DNA of 24,000 nt from Endozoicomonadaceae bacterium (GCA_965261725.1 CBDHDU010000047.1:88871-112870), one strand, 5' to 3'; positions 1-8,650 are shown, numbered from the stretch's first letter. A program made the numbers and translations. Notes: a model not told the origin generated them from the letters alone.

Positions 1-379
1 CGTAGAAAAGCCGGATGAAGCGTTACTGATCTCAGCGGAAAGCGGTATTCAGTTTGCGATGGCAAATCCGGAACAGTACCGGCTTATCTTTGGGCCGTAT
101 GCATGTGAATTCCGTGATTTTCCGGAAGTGAAAGCAGCCAGAGAGCGAATTATTGGTACTCTCGTTGACTTGTTCAGAGGAGGGCAGGCATTGGGTGTGT
201 TTTCTAATGAGCCGCCCTGGTTTCTGGCCTGTAATGCCTGGGCGAATATGCATGGGCATGCGATGTTGATTCTGGATGACCTTGTTTCCTGCGTAGTGCC
301 TGAGGGTGAGACGCTGGATATTAAGCGATCAATTCAGATGAATATGTTTGGGAGGTTGATATCGACAGAAAAACAATGA
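1..379 (+). CDS. TetR/AcrR-family transcriptional regulator, C-terminal part (5' end lies outside the window)
   Basis: The frame of the 59..379 ORF stays open back to base 2 (VEKPDEALLISAESGIQFAMANPEQYRLIFGP...). The helical C-terminal ligand-domain pattern (NAWANMHGHAMLILDD) is typical of TetR_C domains. The N-terminal HTH is not in the window. Confidence 0.6.
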   Translation, partial: VEKPDEALLISAESGIQFAMANPEQYRLIFGPYACEFRDFPEVKAARERIIGTLVDLFRGGQALGVFSNEPPWFLACNAWANMHGHAMLILDDLVSCVVPEGETLDIKRSIQMNMFGRLISTEKQ

Positions 380-610
380 TGCATTAAAAAGAAAGCTGAT
401 GGTCGAACCGGGAAAGGTAAAAATATAATTATAAAAAACTTCCGGTTACATCGTAGATTTATTGCATAGCAAAAGAGTCTTACTGTTTGCTGGTTTCTTT
501 CCTGCTGGCATCTACCTTTAGGTGGTACAAAATCGGGTGATTGATATAGCCATCTGAAAACAAGGTGTCAGGCATTTGTAGTTTATTCATGGATGCAATG
601 AGGAGGGAAC

Positions 611-1844
611 AGCAGGGCAAAAACATGATCATTTTTTGAACAACCCCAATACATTCTCCATGTGGTTTATATCCCAGCCGCAGTTCTTACGCTTGTTCTT
701 GATCCCGCCTTTTACAGTTGTATCCATTTTCAGGAGGTTGTGAGTCACCTGACGAGTAATGGCCAGATTCTCAGCTGTATTATCCTTTCGGGCTCGGCAG
801 CGATCTTCATCAAATGCAACATCCATCACCCAATGAAGCTGATTTTCCACTCGCCAATGCATACGAGTGGCTTGCAGAATCTCTTCAGCTGAGAGCTGTC
901 GGCTGGAGATAAAATAGCGTAGCAGGGTTTCACCTTTATTCTTTTTCCGACAATCTAACTGTACAACGGCAATTGTTTTCGCGTTCCAGCTGGCGGCTAC
1001 CGGAAACTGCTCTATGTCCTGTACAGCCCAGCAGCGGCGATGTTCTCCACGACCATGGGCGTATTCATCTGTTTCTGCAAACCGGGCAGAAGGAGCATCT
1101 GCCGGGTTATCTTGCCAATACTGATCAAACAGGCGAGTCACTTCACCATAGAGTTTTTTCTGGTTGCCTTTTACCGCCAGCAGGTAATCTGCATCTTTCT
1201 TCAGGATGGCATCAGCTATCTTTTTCTGGCACCCCATCGCGTCGATAGTGACCAGGCTACCTGTGAGTTCCAGCAATTTCAGCAGTTCGGGAATCGCCGT
1301 TATTTCATTCGACTTAGAGTCAACCTTATACTGCCCGAGAGACAAGCCGACTTCGGTACACCAGGCATTAACCATATGAATAGCATCTTTGCCCTTGTTC
1401 CAGGCTGAGCCTTTTACTGTCTTACCGTCCAGCGCGACCACTCGACTATCTGACAGCTCGAGGCCTGTCATGACATCTCTCATCCAGGCAGCAAAAATCA
1501 TCCGGAACTCTTCTGGGTCAAGCGATCTGAAAAGACGATTGAAGGTCATGGCACACGGAATGCCGCCGGGAAGGGAGAGATGCTTGCGGAACCACTCTTT
1601 CTGTGTCAGGGCGAACATTCTCATACTATTCCAGTCGTCTGCCCCGCAGAGAATGGCACAGGTTGCCATAAATATGACCTCGGCCAAAACGTGGGTCACT
1701 TTTTTGGGGTCTCGGGAGTCAGTGAAGGTTTCAAAGCGAGATAGCAGAGCGGTATTGATCATGAAAAAGTAGGTATTCTACTCTTTCAGGGGTTAAAAGC
1801 CTTGGCAACAACTGATCAAAAAATGATCATGTTTTTGCCCTGCT
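611..1844 (-). mobile_element. ISAs1-family insertion sequence (1234 bp), apparently intact
   Basis: Perfect 29-bp terminal inverted repeats: AGCAGGGCAAAAACATGATCATTTTTTGA at 611-639 and its exact reverse complement at 1816-1844. They enclose a single 377-aa transposase ORF. I saw no clear target-site duplication. Confidence 0.9.
629..1762 (-). CDS. ISAs1-family (H-repeat-associated type) DDE transposase
   Basis: 377 aa. The N-terminus (FETFTDSRDPKKVTHVLAEVIFMATCAILCGADDWNSM) and the DGK...AIDAMGCQ...HWRVENQLHWVMDVAFDED motifs are characteristic of ISAs1 transposases. The ORF is bounded by the IRs above. Confidence 0.9.
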   Translation of the reverse strand: MINTALLSRFETFTDSRDPKKVTHVLAEVIFMATCAILCGADDWNSMRMFALTQKEWFRKHLSLPGGIPCAMTFNRLFRSLDPEEFRMIFAAWMRDVMTGLELSDSRVVALDGKTVKGSAWNKGKDAIHMVNAWCTEVGLSLGQYKVDSKSNEITAIPELLKLLELTGSLVTIDAMGCQKKIADAILKKDADYLLAVKGNQKKLYGEVTRLFDQYWQDNPADAPSARFAETDEYAHGRGEHRRCWAVQDIEQFPVAASWNAKTIAVVQLDCRKKNKGETLLRYFISSRQLSAEEILQATRMHWRVENQLHWVMDVAFDEDRCRARKDNTAENLAITRQVTHNLLKMDTTVKGGIKNKRKNCGWDINHMENVLGLFKK

Positions 1845-2168
1845 CAAAATGGCGGTACTCAACATCAGGACGAAGATTTAACTACGAATTCAGAAGGTGT
1901 CTCCGATAAAATTGTAGATCCCAAAATTCAGGCTCTTGACAGTCTTGTTGATGAAATATTAAGTCATCATCCGACTCCTGATGAGGTCTGGGAAATTATT
2001 AGGGAAAGTGCAAAACAGAGAGTAGAAGACTGGTGCCTTCCTGCCCCTTTAACTGACTTACTTTGGGTTGCCAGCAGAAACAGGCAAGATGCAGTGCGGT
2101 TACTATTAACCGCATGTACCCGGGGCGCTTTCAAACGACCGTTGCTGGGTTTTGTGAGAATTAATTAA
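1845..2168 (+). pseudogene. Orphan 3' gene remnant (about 107 codons, no start codon), unknown function, abutting the ISAs1 right end
   Basis: The reading frame is open from the IS boundary to TAA at 2166-2168 (QNGGTQHQDEDLTTNSEGVSDKIVDPKIQALDSLVDEILSHHPTPDEVWEIIRESAKQRVEDWCLPAPLTDLLWVASRNRQDAVRLLLTACTRGAFKRPLLGFVRIN). It has no in-frame ATG or GTG near the 5' end. I recognise no family. Confidence 0.3.
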
Positions 2169-2201
2169 CCAGAGTGAAAACTCTTAGACAGAGCCTCAAT
2201 A

Positions 2202-3311
2202 GGCTGAGTTCCCTGAAGTAGTTGAATGAACTACACTTCCCATGCCTTCTACCTTTTAGGGGTTCTTTATGCAATCAGAACTCTTTCGGGACTTTATTAA
2301 TTCCATACCGTCATTAAGCGATGAGCAGTGGAAAATTCTTGACAGGACACTGCTCAATGCCCGAATACCGGATGAGGATATAGTAGAAAAACCTGAATCT
2401 GATGTTATAGAAAGAGAATCATCTGTAAATAATCCACCTGCCACACCTGATCTTGAAGCAAGCATATTATCTCGCTTTGCTGAACATCCGGAATGTCCCG
2501 TGTGTAAAGACCATAATATTCATCGCTGGGGCTTTCAAAGCGGGCGGCAGCGCTACCGCTGCAAGTCATGCAAAGTGACTTTCAATGCATTCAGCAAGAC
2601 CCCTTTGGCAAGGCTTAGATATCCGGAAAAATGGAATAACTACCTCACGGGTATGACTTACTCCATGACACTGCGCTCGGCAGCCAGTGAGTATGATATT
2701 AACCTGAAAACGGCCTTCCGATGGCGCCACTGCTTTCTTGAGGTCATAAATAATGATCAGGCAGAAGAGCTTTGTGGCATCACAGAGCTTGATGAAACTT
2801 TTTTTCGTGAATCATTTAAAGGGCAGAGGAAAGACCTGCCAAGGCCTTCTCGAAAACGCGGAGATGATCCGAACAAAGCTCGGAAAGTCCCGGTAATGGT
2901 AGCCAGAGACCGTGAACGGCACACTGTTGATGGTATTTTGGAAAACGAAAGTGCTAATGAGTTGTGCCGCCATTTAAACGGTCGTATATCGATTGAAGCA
3001 ACGGTCTGTGCGGATGCACACCTTGCACATGAAAAGCTTGCAGAGAAGCTTGGATTTGAGTTTAAGGAACTGGTTACCTCGGCAGGCCAGCATGTTCTGG
3101 AAGGTGTCTATCATATTCAACACGTTAATGCTTACCATAGCCATTTAAAGCGCTGGATTGGTGGTGTGTTTCGGGGAGTGGCTACCCGCTATCTCCCGCA
3201 TTACCTGGCTTGGAAGCGAGATCTGTCAGAAGCCGTTCAGCTAAGCACTGACCGATTCGTCAGAAAAATCATGGAACATTGGTGCTTTCAACTATCTCCG
3301 GGAACTTAGCC
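2202..3311 (+). mobile_element. IS1595-family insertion sequence (1110 bp) with target-site duplication
   Basis: Imperfect 25-bp terminal IRs match at 21/25: GGCTGAGTTCCCTGAAGTAGTTGAA at 2202-2226 versus the reverse complement of 3287-3311, GGCTAAGTTCCCGGAGATAGTTGAA. They are flanked by the direct repeat GCCTCAATA at 2193-2201 and 3312-3320. Confidence 0.85.
2269..3309 (+). CDS. IS1595-family transposase (zinc-ribbon plus ISXO2-like DDE domain)
   Basis: 346 aa. It has a zinc-ribbon motif (CPVCKDHNIHRWGFQSGRQRYRCKSCKVTFNAFSKTPLARLRYPEKW) followed by ELDETFF...VMVARDR...ADAHLAH, as in IS1595/ISXO2-like transposases. Confidence 0.85.
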   Translation: MQSELFRDFINSIPSLSDEQWKILDRTLLNARIPDEDIVEKPESDVIERESSVNNPPATPDLEASILSRFAEHPECPVCKDHNIHRWGFQSGRQRYRCKSCKVTFNAFSKTPLARLRYPEKWNNYLTGMTYSMTLRSAASEYDINLKTAFRWRHCFLEVINNDQAEELCGITELDETFFRESFKGQRKDLPRPSRKRGDDPNKARKVPVMVARDRERHTVDGILENESANELCRHLNGRISIEATVCADAHLAHEKLAEKLGFEFKELVTSAGQHVLEGVYHIQHVNAYHSHLKRWIGGVFRGVATRYLPHYLAWKRDLSEAVQLSTDRFVRKIMEHWCFQLSPGT

Positions 3312-4942
3312 GCCTCAATATCAGTTCCCAGAAGCATTAGTACATTACTAAGTTGAGATTTAAGCTGATCTTTGAGCAGGTCAGCTTCTGCTTTATGAGT
3401 TGAAAAACAGGATAGGGTAAAATGAATTGTATTGCTGACGCTGGGTGCAGAATACCCGATACCAAAGCCATCATCAGTTGTTGGGCAAAAAACAAAATGT
3501 TTGAACATGGGGTGGCTCAGGTTACTGGTTGAAATAGGGCTTTTGTTAATCCATTGAAGGCAGTCGTGTACATCAGAATACTCTGCGCTAAACGAAGCAG
3601 CATCCATGTGAGCTTGTGCCATGTAGAGCGTGCGCTCAAAACCTTCATTATCCTGTAAACTGATTATTTGTCTTTTGTGTGCAAGCAAGGCTGCTATCAG
3701 CAAGTCCTGATCCGGAGCTTTGGCATAAGCTATGGCTTCTTCTGTTACACCTCGGGCACACTCTGTACGCCCGTGATGGAAACGGCTGCTCATATCAACG
3801 CTTTCATAGGTATTCAAAGGAAATCTGCTACCGAAAACCTGATACTGGGCAGCAACCAGCGCTACCTGAAAAACTGCATCAAGGCTGAACAACTTAGCTC
3901 TATTGTTTTTTAACTTTTTTGAAACTTCCAGAAGGTTTTGATGAGTAAACTTTTCGTGTGAAAAATTGCATTGGGGGTAGGTTGAACTTGCTTCAGCATC
4001 TGAGCTTATTGCGGTTAAATCAGTACAGGAAATATGCCACGGACCTTCCAGTGATGGTTGTTTGTGGCTCAATACCTGTTGCTGATCTTCCTGTGTTAGC
4101 TTGCGAACAATTGCCATTCCATCAAAGTGAGAATGGGCAATATTCAGCCCAATGTGTTCTTCACCAATAGCTATCACTTGAATACTTTTATCAAACCAGC
4201 GGTTTTTTCCTTGTCCTAGCTGCATTGTTTCAAATAGTTGAGAACTGCTGTTTTGGATAAGCGAAGGATCGAGAATGACTATGAACAGAGCATGATCCAG
4301 CACCTGAATACACTCTGCAATCTCTGTGCAGTTAAATTTTAAATGCTCTCTCTGTTGTGCTGCTGCGGATCTTTTCAGGTGGGTCACTGCGGGGGTAACC
4401 GGGTTTGAGCAAGGCTTCAAGGACCGTAGTGTTTGTCCAATTGAATGGGCTGATAGAGGAAGGACCTCTTTGATTCCTTTAAGTTTATATACACCATCCG
4501 CTGAGATCACAGCTACATAATCAGAGTGACTTGTATCGATTACGGTATCTTCTGTTTCGCCGGGAAGGCGGGTGTTATACAGGTGCCCCATTTGTTCTTT
4601 ACAAAACTTATGTTGAGTGGGTGGGGCTTCTTCATCAGAGGGCAATAGTTTTAAAATAATATAGCCAAGCTGGTCAAAAAAATCTGACCCTGAGTTTTGC
4701 TCTAGCAGATAGTCTTGGTCAAGTATCAATGTATAGTTAGATGCATATGGGAGTGGGTTTCGGTCTTGCAGATAGCTTTTTTTCCACTGTACTGAAAACT
4801 CTTCACCTGAATCCGTGAGTTCGTGGCCATTGAATTTGCCAAAAAGCCAGTAATAGCAGCATATGTAGGCTAATATTTGCTCATCTAGATTTTCACCATA
4901 TAAGTGAATTTTTGTGGAACTAAAATTTGAGCAATCCGACAC
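3269..4942 (-). CDS. Choline/carnitine O-acyltransferase family protein (eukaryote-type), with N- and C-termini replaced by IS-derived sequence; probably N-terminally truncated
   Basis: 557-aa ORF carrying the family signature blocks. GKNRWFDKSIQVI matches NRW(F/Y)DKS(L/F)Q. NIAHSHFDGMAIV matches the catalytic (E)HSxFDG block of choline acetyltransferase. ISTSNL...DDGFGIGYS matches LSTS...PDGYGVxY. Codons 1-32 lie inside the candidate IS1380-like left end, and the last 13 codons lie inside the IS1595 right IR. Confidence 0.7.
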   Translation of the reverse strand: MSDCSNFSSTKIHLYGENLDEQILAYICCYYWLFGKFNGHELTDSGEEFSVQWKKSYLQDRNPLPYASNYTLILDQDYLLEQNSGSDFFDQLGYIILKLLPSDEEAPPTQHKFCKEQMGHLYNTRLPGETEDTVIDTSHSDYVAVISADGVYKLKGIKEVLPLSAHSIGQTLRSLKPCSNPVTPAVTHLKRSAAAQQREHLKFNCTEIAECIQVLDHALFIVILDPSLIQNSSSQLFETMQLGQGKNRWFDKSIQVIAIGEEHIGLNIAHSHFDGMAIVRKLTQEDQQQVLSHKQPSLEGPWHISCTDLTAISSDAEASSTYPQCNFSHEKFTHQNLLEVSKKLKNNRAKLFSLDAVFQVALVAAQYQVFGSRFPLNTYESVDMSSRFHHGRTECARGVTEEAIAYAKAPDQDLLIAALLAHKRQIISLQDNEGFERTLYMAQAHMDAASFSAEYSDVHDCLQWINKSPISTSNLSHPMFKHFVFCPTTDDGFGIGYSAPSVSNTIHFTLSCFSTHKAEADLLKDQLKSQLSNVLMLLGTDIEAAKFPEIVESTNVP

Positions 4943-6300
4943 GGAATTTTATACTCCGGCAGCGGGTCTGTGCTTTGTCGGTGATGCCCTAAACAAGAAA
5001 ACATCTTTAAAAAAGTCATTGCGTTCTATCAAGAAGCGCCATGGCATCCCTAATATTGATCTGGTTCGAGCTTTTATCGGCCTGTTGGCCTTAGGCAAAA
5101 CTGATTTTGATGCCATTGATAATTATCGCCATGATGATTGGTTCAAGCGCAGCATGGGCATTAAACAAATGCCGTCCGCCAGCCGGCTTCGCCAGCGTTT
5201 TAATGAAGATGCCACCCAACTGATTCCGTTAATTGAAGAAGCGCTTCCCGAACTGTTGTTGGAACTGGGCGCGCCGATCTCTCCGCTTTCAAAAGAACTG
5301 GATCACCTTCAGCATATCCCACTGGATATAGACGTTACTCCGCAAGATAACAGCAGAACCCAAAAAGAAGGTTCTCAGTGGACATACAAACACTTCCATG
5401 GCTTCGCCCCGATTATGTCTTATGTAGGGAAAGAAGGATGGTGCATAGGAGCTGAGCTTCGCCCTGGCTCACAACATTCCCAGAATGATTTTGTACCTTT
5501 CCTGAACACGGTATTGCACAGACTTCGTCGCGTAACCCGGACCTCGGTATTACTGCGACTCGACAGCGGGCATGACGCAGAAGACACTCGCAGAGAGATA
5601 GCGGATCACAGCAATGTTGATCACATAATCAAGCTCAATCCACGCAAGCAATATACCGTTACTGCCTGGCTGCCAACCTTTGAGGAAAAAGGCGTGCAGT
5701 GGGATGAGCTTCGCCCTGGAAAAACCTGTGCGACACTCTCGATCATCCATGAAACCGACTACGGCCAACAACGGCTTATTATCCGTATTATCAAGCGTAC
5801 TACCGACTCGGTTGGTCAGTATTTTTTAGCACCGGACTACGAGCTGGAGGGTTGGTGGACGACACTAGATGAGGCTGAATATAGTGATGATAATGTCATA
5901 TTGCTTTATGAAGATCATGCGACCAGCGAACAGTTTCACAGTGAGTTCAAGACTGACATGGATCTTGAAAGACTGCCTTCAGGAAAATTTGATACCAATG
6001 ATCTTGTAATGTGCCTTGGTGCGGTGGCTTACAACATTTTACGTTACATGGGGCAAACCTGCCTGACCGGCCCTAAATCACCTGTTCGTCACAAAGCGCA
6101 GCGTCGTAGAATTAAGACAGTTATGCAGGAACTGATCTACCAGTCAGCGCGATTATTAGAACGAGGTCGTCAGTTTATTCTGCGTTTTGGTCGTCACAGT
6201 CCCGGATTATCCGCCTTCATGGGGCTCTTTCCTGAAAAACAGCTCTGTTAGCTGATCCTATTCTTTTAACGGTTGAATGGAGAGATGCTGCTTATGCTGG
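4847..6300 (+). mobile_element. IS1380-like insertion sequence (boundaries tentative)
   Basis: Candidate imperfect IRs both start with CC: CCAGTAATAGCAGCAT at 4847-4862 versus the reverse complement of 6285-6300, CCAGCATAAGCAGCAT (13/16). They enclose the transposase ORF. No target duplication was seen, so the boundary call is weak. Confidence 0.4.
4914..6251 (+). CDS. IS1380-family-like DDE transposase
   Basis: 445 aa with a GTG start. The layout resembles IS1380-type transposases: N-terminal xFxxSDxxxTPAAGL, DIDVTP...QKEG...YKHFHGFAPIM...ELRPGSQHS...LRLDSGH, and C-terminal LLYEDHATSEQFHSEFKTDMDLERLPSGKFDTNDLVMCLGAVAYNIL. The family assignment is from memory of the motif order only. Confidence 0.6.
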   Translation: MELKFEQSDTEFYTPAAGLCFVGDALNKKTSLKKSLRSIKKRHGIPNIDLVRAFIGLLALGKTDFDAIDNYRHDDWFKRSMGIKQMPSASRLRQRFNEDATQLIPLIEEALPELLLELGAPISPLSKELDHLQHIPLDIDVTPQDNSRTQKEGSQWTYKHFHGFAPIMSYVGKEGWCIGAELRPGSQHSQNDFVPFLNTVLHRLRRVTRTSVLLRLDSGHDAEDTRREIADHSNVDHIIKLNPRKQYTVTAWLPTFEEKGVQWDELRPGKTCATLSIIHETDYGQQRLIIRIIKRTTDSVGQYFLAPDYELEGWWTTLDEAEYSDDNVILLYEDHATSEQFHSEFKTDMDLERLPSGKFDTNDLVMCLGAVAYNILRYMGQTCLTGPKSPVRHKAQRRRIKTVMQELIYQSARLLERGRQFILRFGRHSPGLSAFMGLFPEKQLC

Positions 6301-6464
6301 CAGGATTTCATTCATATTCAGGGTTGAAATTCCCCAACATCATTTAAATACATGCTGATTTTTTTGACTTTGCTTTACCATTCTCTGGCAAGTTTCAAAA
6401 AAACATAACCCTATTCTGTAGGTTTGAATCCATGGGATGAAAAAGCTTCTCTATAATCAAGAAG

Positions 6465-6827
6465 TCACGGATTCAGGTCTTCAGCAAAGTCGTGTGGCTG
6501 AGGCAACTCCTCCAGAGCTTTGAGAAGAGGCAGAGGAGCAGTCACGGGTAGCTTCTGTAACCGTATCACGGATATATATTGTCTGAATTGTTGCCATGTT
6601 TTTTCAGGAGATAGATAGTAGAAAGGCTTTACATCACAAGGTTCAGAAGTGGGTGAGCAGGATCTTACTGAGATTCCATTTAGAGATTTAAAATGTATAG
6701 GGCACCGTTCTAACGCTGGATAAGTTTTCTGACATTCTACACAGTGATGACTAGCTGATATGGCAGAAGAATATAAGAAATAACTGCTTCCAAGAAAGAA
6801 AGCAAAAAGTAAAATGACTTTTTTCAT
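6465..6827 (-). CDS. Small secreted Cys-rich hypothetical protein
   Basis: The ORF has a clear N-terminal signal peptide (MKKVILLFAFFLGSSYFLYSSAISA/SHH). The ATG at 6827 is preferred over the upstream TTG at 6842. The mature part has 6 Cys, including CVEC. I recognise no family. Confidence 0.45.
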   Translation of the reverse strand: MKKVILLFAFFLGSSYFLYSSAISASHHCVECQKTYPALERCPIHFKSLNGISVRSCSPTSEPCDVKPFYYLSPEKTWQQFRQYISVIRLQKLPVTAPLPLLKALEELPQPHDFAEDLNP

Positions 6828-6936
6828 TGTTATTCGAAACAATCCAGACTGTTTTCAGAAAGCAAACAGAATCCAGAGTAGGTCATAATTTCGAATTAAA
6901 TGTAATCTTGTGATACGCCGTGTTCTATTTTCTTTA

Positions 6937-6971
6937 CATCCGGGCTATTTATTCAATTATTAGCCCGGATG
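6937..6971 (-). terminator. Hairpin downstream of leuA (possible terminator)
   Basis: A perfect 10-bp stem, CATCCGGGCT (6937-6946) / AGCCCGGATG (6962-6971), lies 12 nt after the leuA stop. There is no strong U-tract on the minus strand. Confidence 0.35.
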
Positions 6972-6982
6972 CAGGTTTCTTA

Positions 6983-8650
6983 TCAGGCAACACCTTTCAG
7001 AGCATTATGGCTGTAACAATGACTCACGGCTGTCAGAATAGCCTGTAATGCAGCGGCAGAGGTATCTTCATCGCTGGCAATACCGTAATGCATATCTCCG
7101 TCATCAATTTGGGCAGCGATACAAGCCTGAGCTACAGCATCAGTACCACCAGAGGTGGCGTGCATATCGAATTGCTGGATGTCGACCTTGCATTCCAGAG
7201 CATCACATAATGCTTCAATGACACCGGAGCCGTTACCAGTCATAACGGTTGTGACTTCCCCCTGCCCGACGGTAAAGCGTGCGGTGACATTATGATCGTG
7301 GGTGTGCAGGTCATAATCATGCAGTTTCCAGTCCGCCGGTGCATCGACAAAGTGTCGCTGGTACAGCTCATGAATGGTTTTCGGTGAAACTTCAAAACCA
7401 CTTTCTTCGGCGGCTTTTTGCACAACACTTGCAACTTCCGGGTGGAACCATTTAGGCAGTTGGATGCCAAAGTCCCGCTCAAGCACCAGTGCCACACCGC
7501 CTTTACCACTCTGGCTGTTGATACGAACAATCTCTTCGTATTCACGGCCAAGGTCACGGGGGTCAATAGGCAGGTAGGCGACATCCCAGTGCTGCTGTTG
7601 ATTATCGGTGTGATAATTCATTGATTTACGAATCGCATCCTGATGGCTGCCGGAAAAAGCGGTGTAAACCAGTTCGCCAATCCAGGGGTGACGTGCCGAT
7701 ACGGGCAATTCAGTGCAGTGCTCGACGGTTTTAATAAGTTTAGCAACGTTGGAAAAATCCAGCTTCGGATCAATTCCCTGAGAATAAAGATTCATGGCCA
7801 TGGTAATGATGTCCATGTTGCCGGTTCTTTCACCGTTGCCAGCCAGGGTACCTTCTACCCGGTCAGCACCGGCCATAATACCAAGCTCAGCGGCAGCAAC
7901 TGCACAGCCTCGGTCATTATGAGTATGAAGGCTGATGCACACATGCTCACGCTGCTTCAGATGGCGGCAGAACCACTCGATCTGATCAGCAAATACATTG
8001 GGTGTGGACATTTCAACGGTGGAGGGCAGGTTGAGGATTACCTTCTGCCCCTGTTGTGGCTGCCAGATATCAACGACCGCATCACAAACCTCAACTGCGT
8101 AATCCAGTTCCGTACCGGTAAAGCTCTCGGGCGAATATTGGAATGTCCATTCGGTTTCAGGGTATTGGACAGCGTATTCTTTCAGCCATTTGGCACCCTG
8201 CACGGCAATCGCTTTAATGCTTTCCCTACCCTGACGGAAGACCTGTTCCCGCTGCACAGTGGATGTTGAGTTATAAACGTGGACGATGGCTTTGCGGACA
8301 CCAATCAAAGATTCGTAGGTTTTTTGAATCAAATGCTCACGAGCCTGAGTCAGTACCTGAATCGTGACATCCTCAGGGATCATATTCTCATCAACCAGCT
8401 TCCGCAGAAAATCAAAATCCGGCTGCGAAGCAGAAGGAAAGCCCACTTCAATTTCCTTGAAACCGAGCTTGACCAGTAGCTGAAATAAAGCCGTCTTCTG
8501 TTCAACATTCATCGGGTTAACCAGCGCCTGGTTACCATCACGCAGGTCAACACTGCACCAGTGTGGCGCGGTAATGACAGACTGGTTTGGCCAGGTTCGG
8601 TCAGGTAACTGGATGGCTGGAAAAGGCTGGTATTTACGATGGTCGAACAT
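6983..8650 (-). CDS. leuA: 2-isopropylmalate synthase (long, about 555-aa LeuA type)
   Basis: 555 aa. The N-terminus (YQPFPAIQLPDRTWPNQSVITAPHWCSVDLRDGNQAL), the HTHNDRG and GTLAGNGERTGN motifs, and the C-terminal regulatory domain are typical of LeuA. Confidence 0.95.
   Translation of the reverse strand: MFDHRKYQPFPAIQLPDRTWPNQSVITAPHWCSVDLRDGNQALVNPMNVEQKTALFQLLVKLGFKEIEVGFPSASQPDFDFLRKLVDENMIPEDVTIQVLTQAREHLIQKTYESLIGVRKAIVHVYNSTSTVQREQVFRQGRESIKAIAVQGAKWLKEYAVQYPETEWTFQYSPESFTGTELDYAVEVCDAVVDIWQPQQGQKVILNLPSTVEMSTPNVFADQIEWFCRHLKQREHVCISLHTHNDRGCAVAAAELGIMAGADRVEGTLAGNGERTGNMDIITMAMNLYSQGIDPKLDFSNVAKLIKTVEHCTELPVSARHPWIGELVYTAFSGSHQDAIRKSMNYHTDNQQQHWDVAYLPIDPRDLGREYEEIVRINSQSGKGGVALVLERDFGIQLPKWFHPEVASVVQKAAEESGFEVSPKTIHELYQRHFVDAPADWKLHDYDLHTHDHNVTARFTVGQGEVTTVMTGNGSGVIEALCDALECKVDIQQFDMHATSGGTDAVAQACIAAQIDDGDMHYGIASDEDTSAAALQAILTAVSHCYSHNALKGVA

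Noticed and set aside
2202-6300. Composite transposon carrying the acyltransferase gene
   Set aside because: The flanking elements belong to different IS families with unrelated IRs. The IS1595 has its own target duplication. The gene's termini are disrupted rather than carried intact.
7240-8479. Several 60-208-aa ORFs overlapping leuA on both strands (7240-7584 and 7643-8269, for example)
   Set aside because: They lie entirely inside a confidently identified, motif-rich leuA frame and have low-complexity, unrecognisable translations. These are typical shadow ORFs. The same reasoning applies to the internal or antisense ORFs within the ISAs1 transposase, the acyltransferase, the EAL gene, yqhD, acuI, rnz, dcuB and acs.
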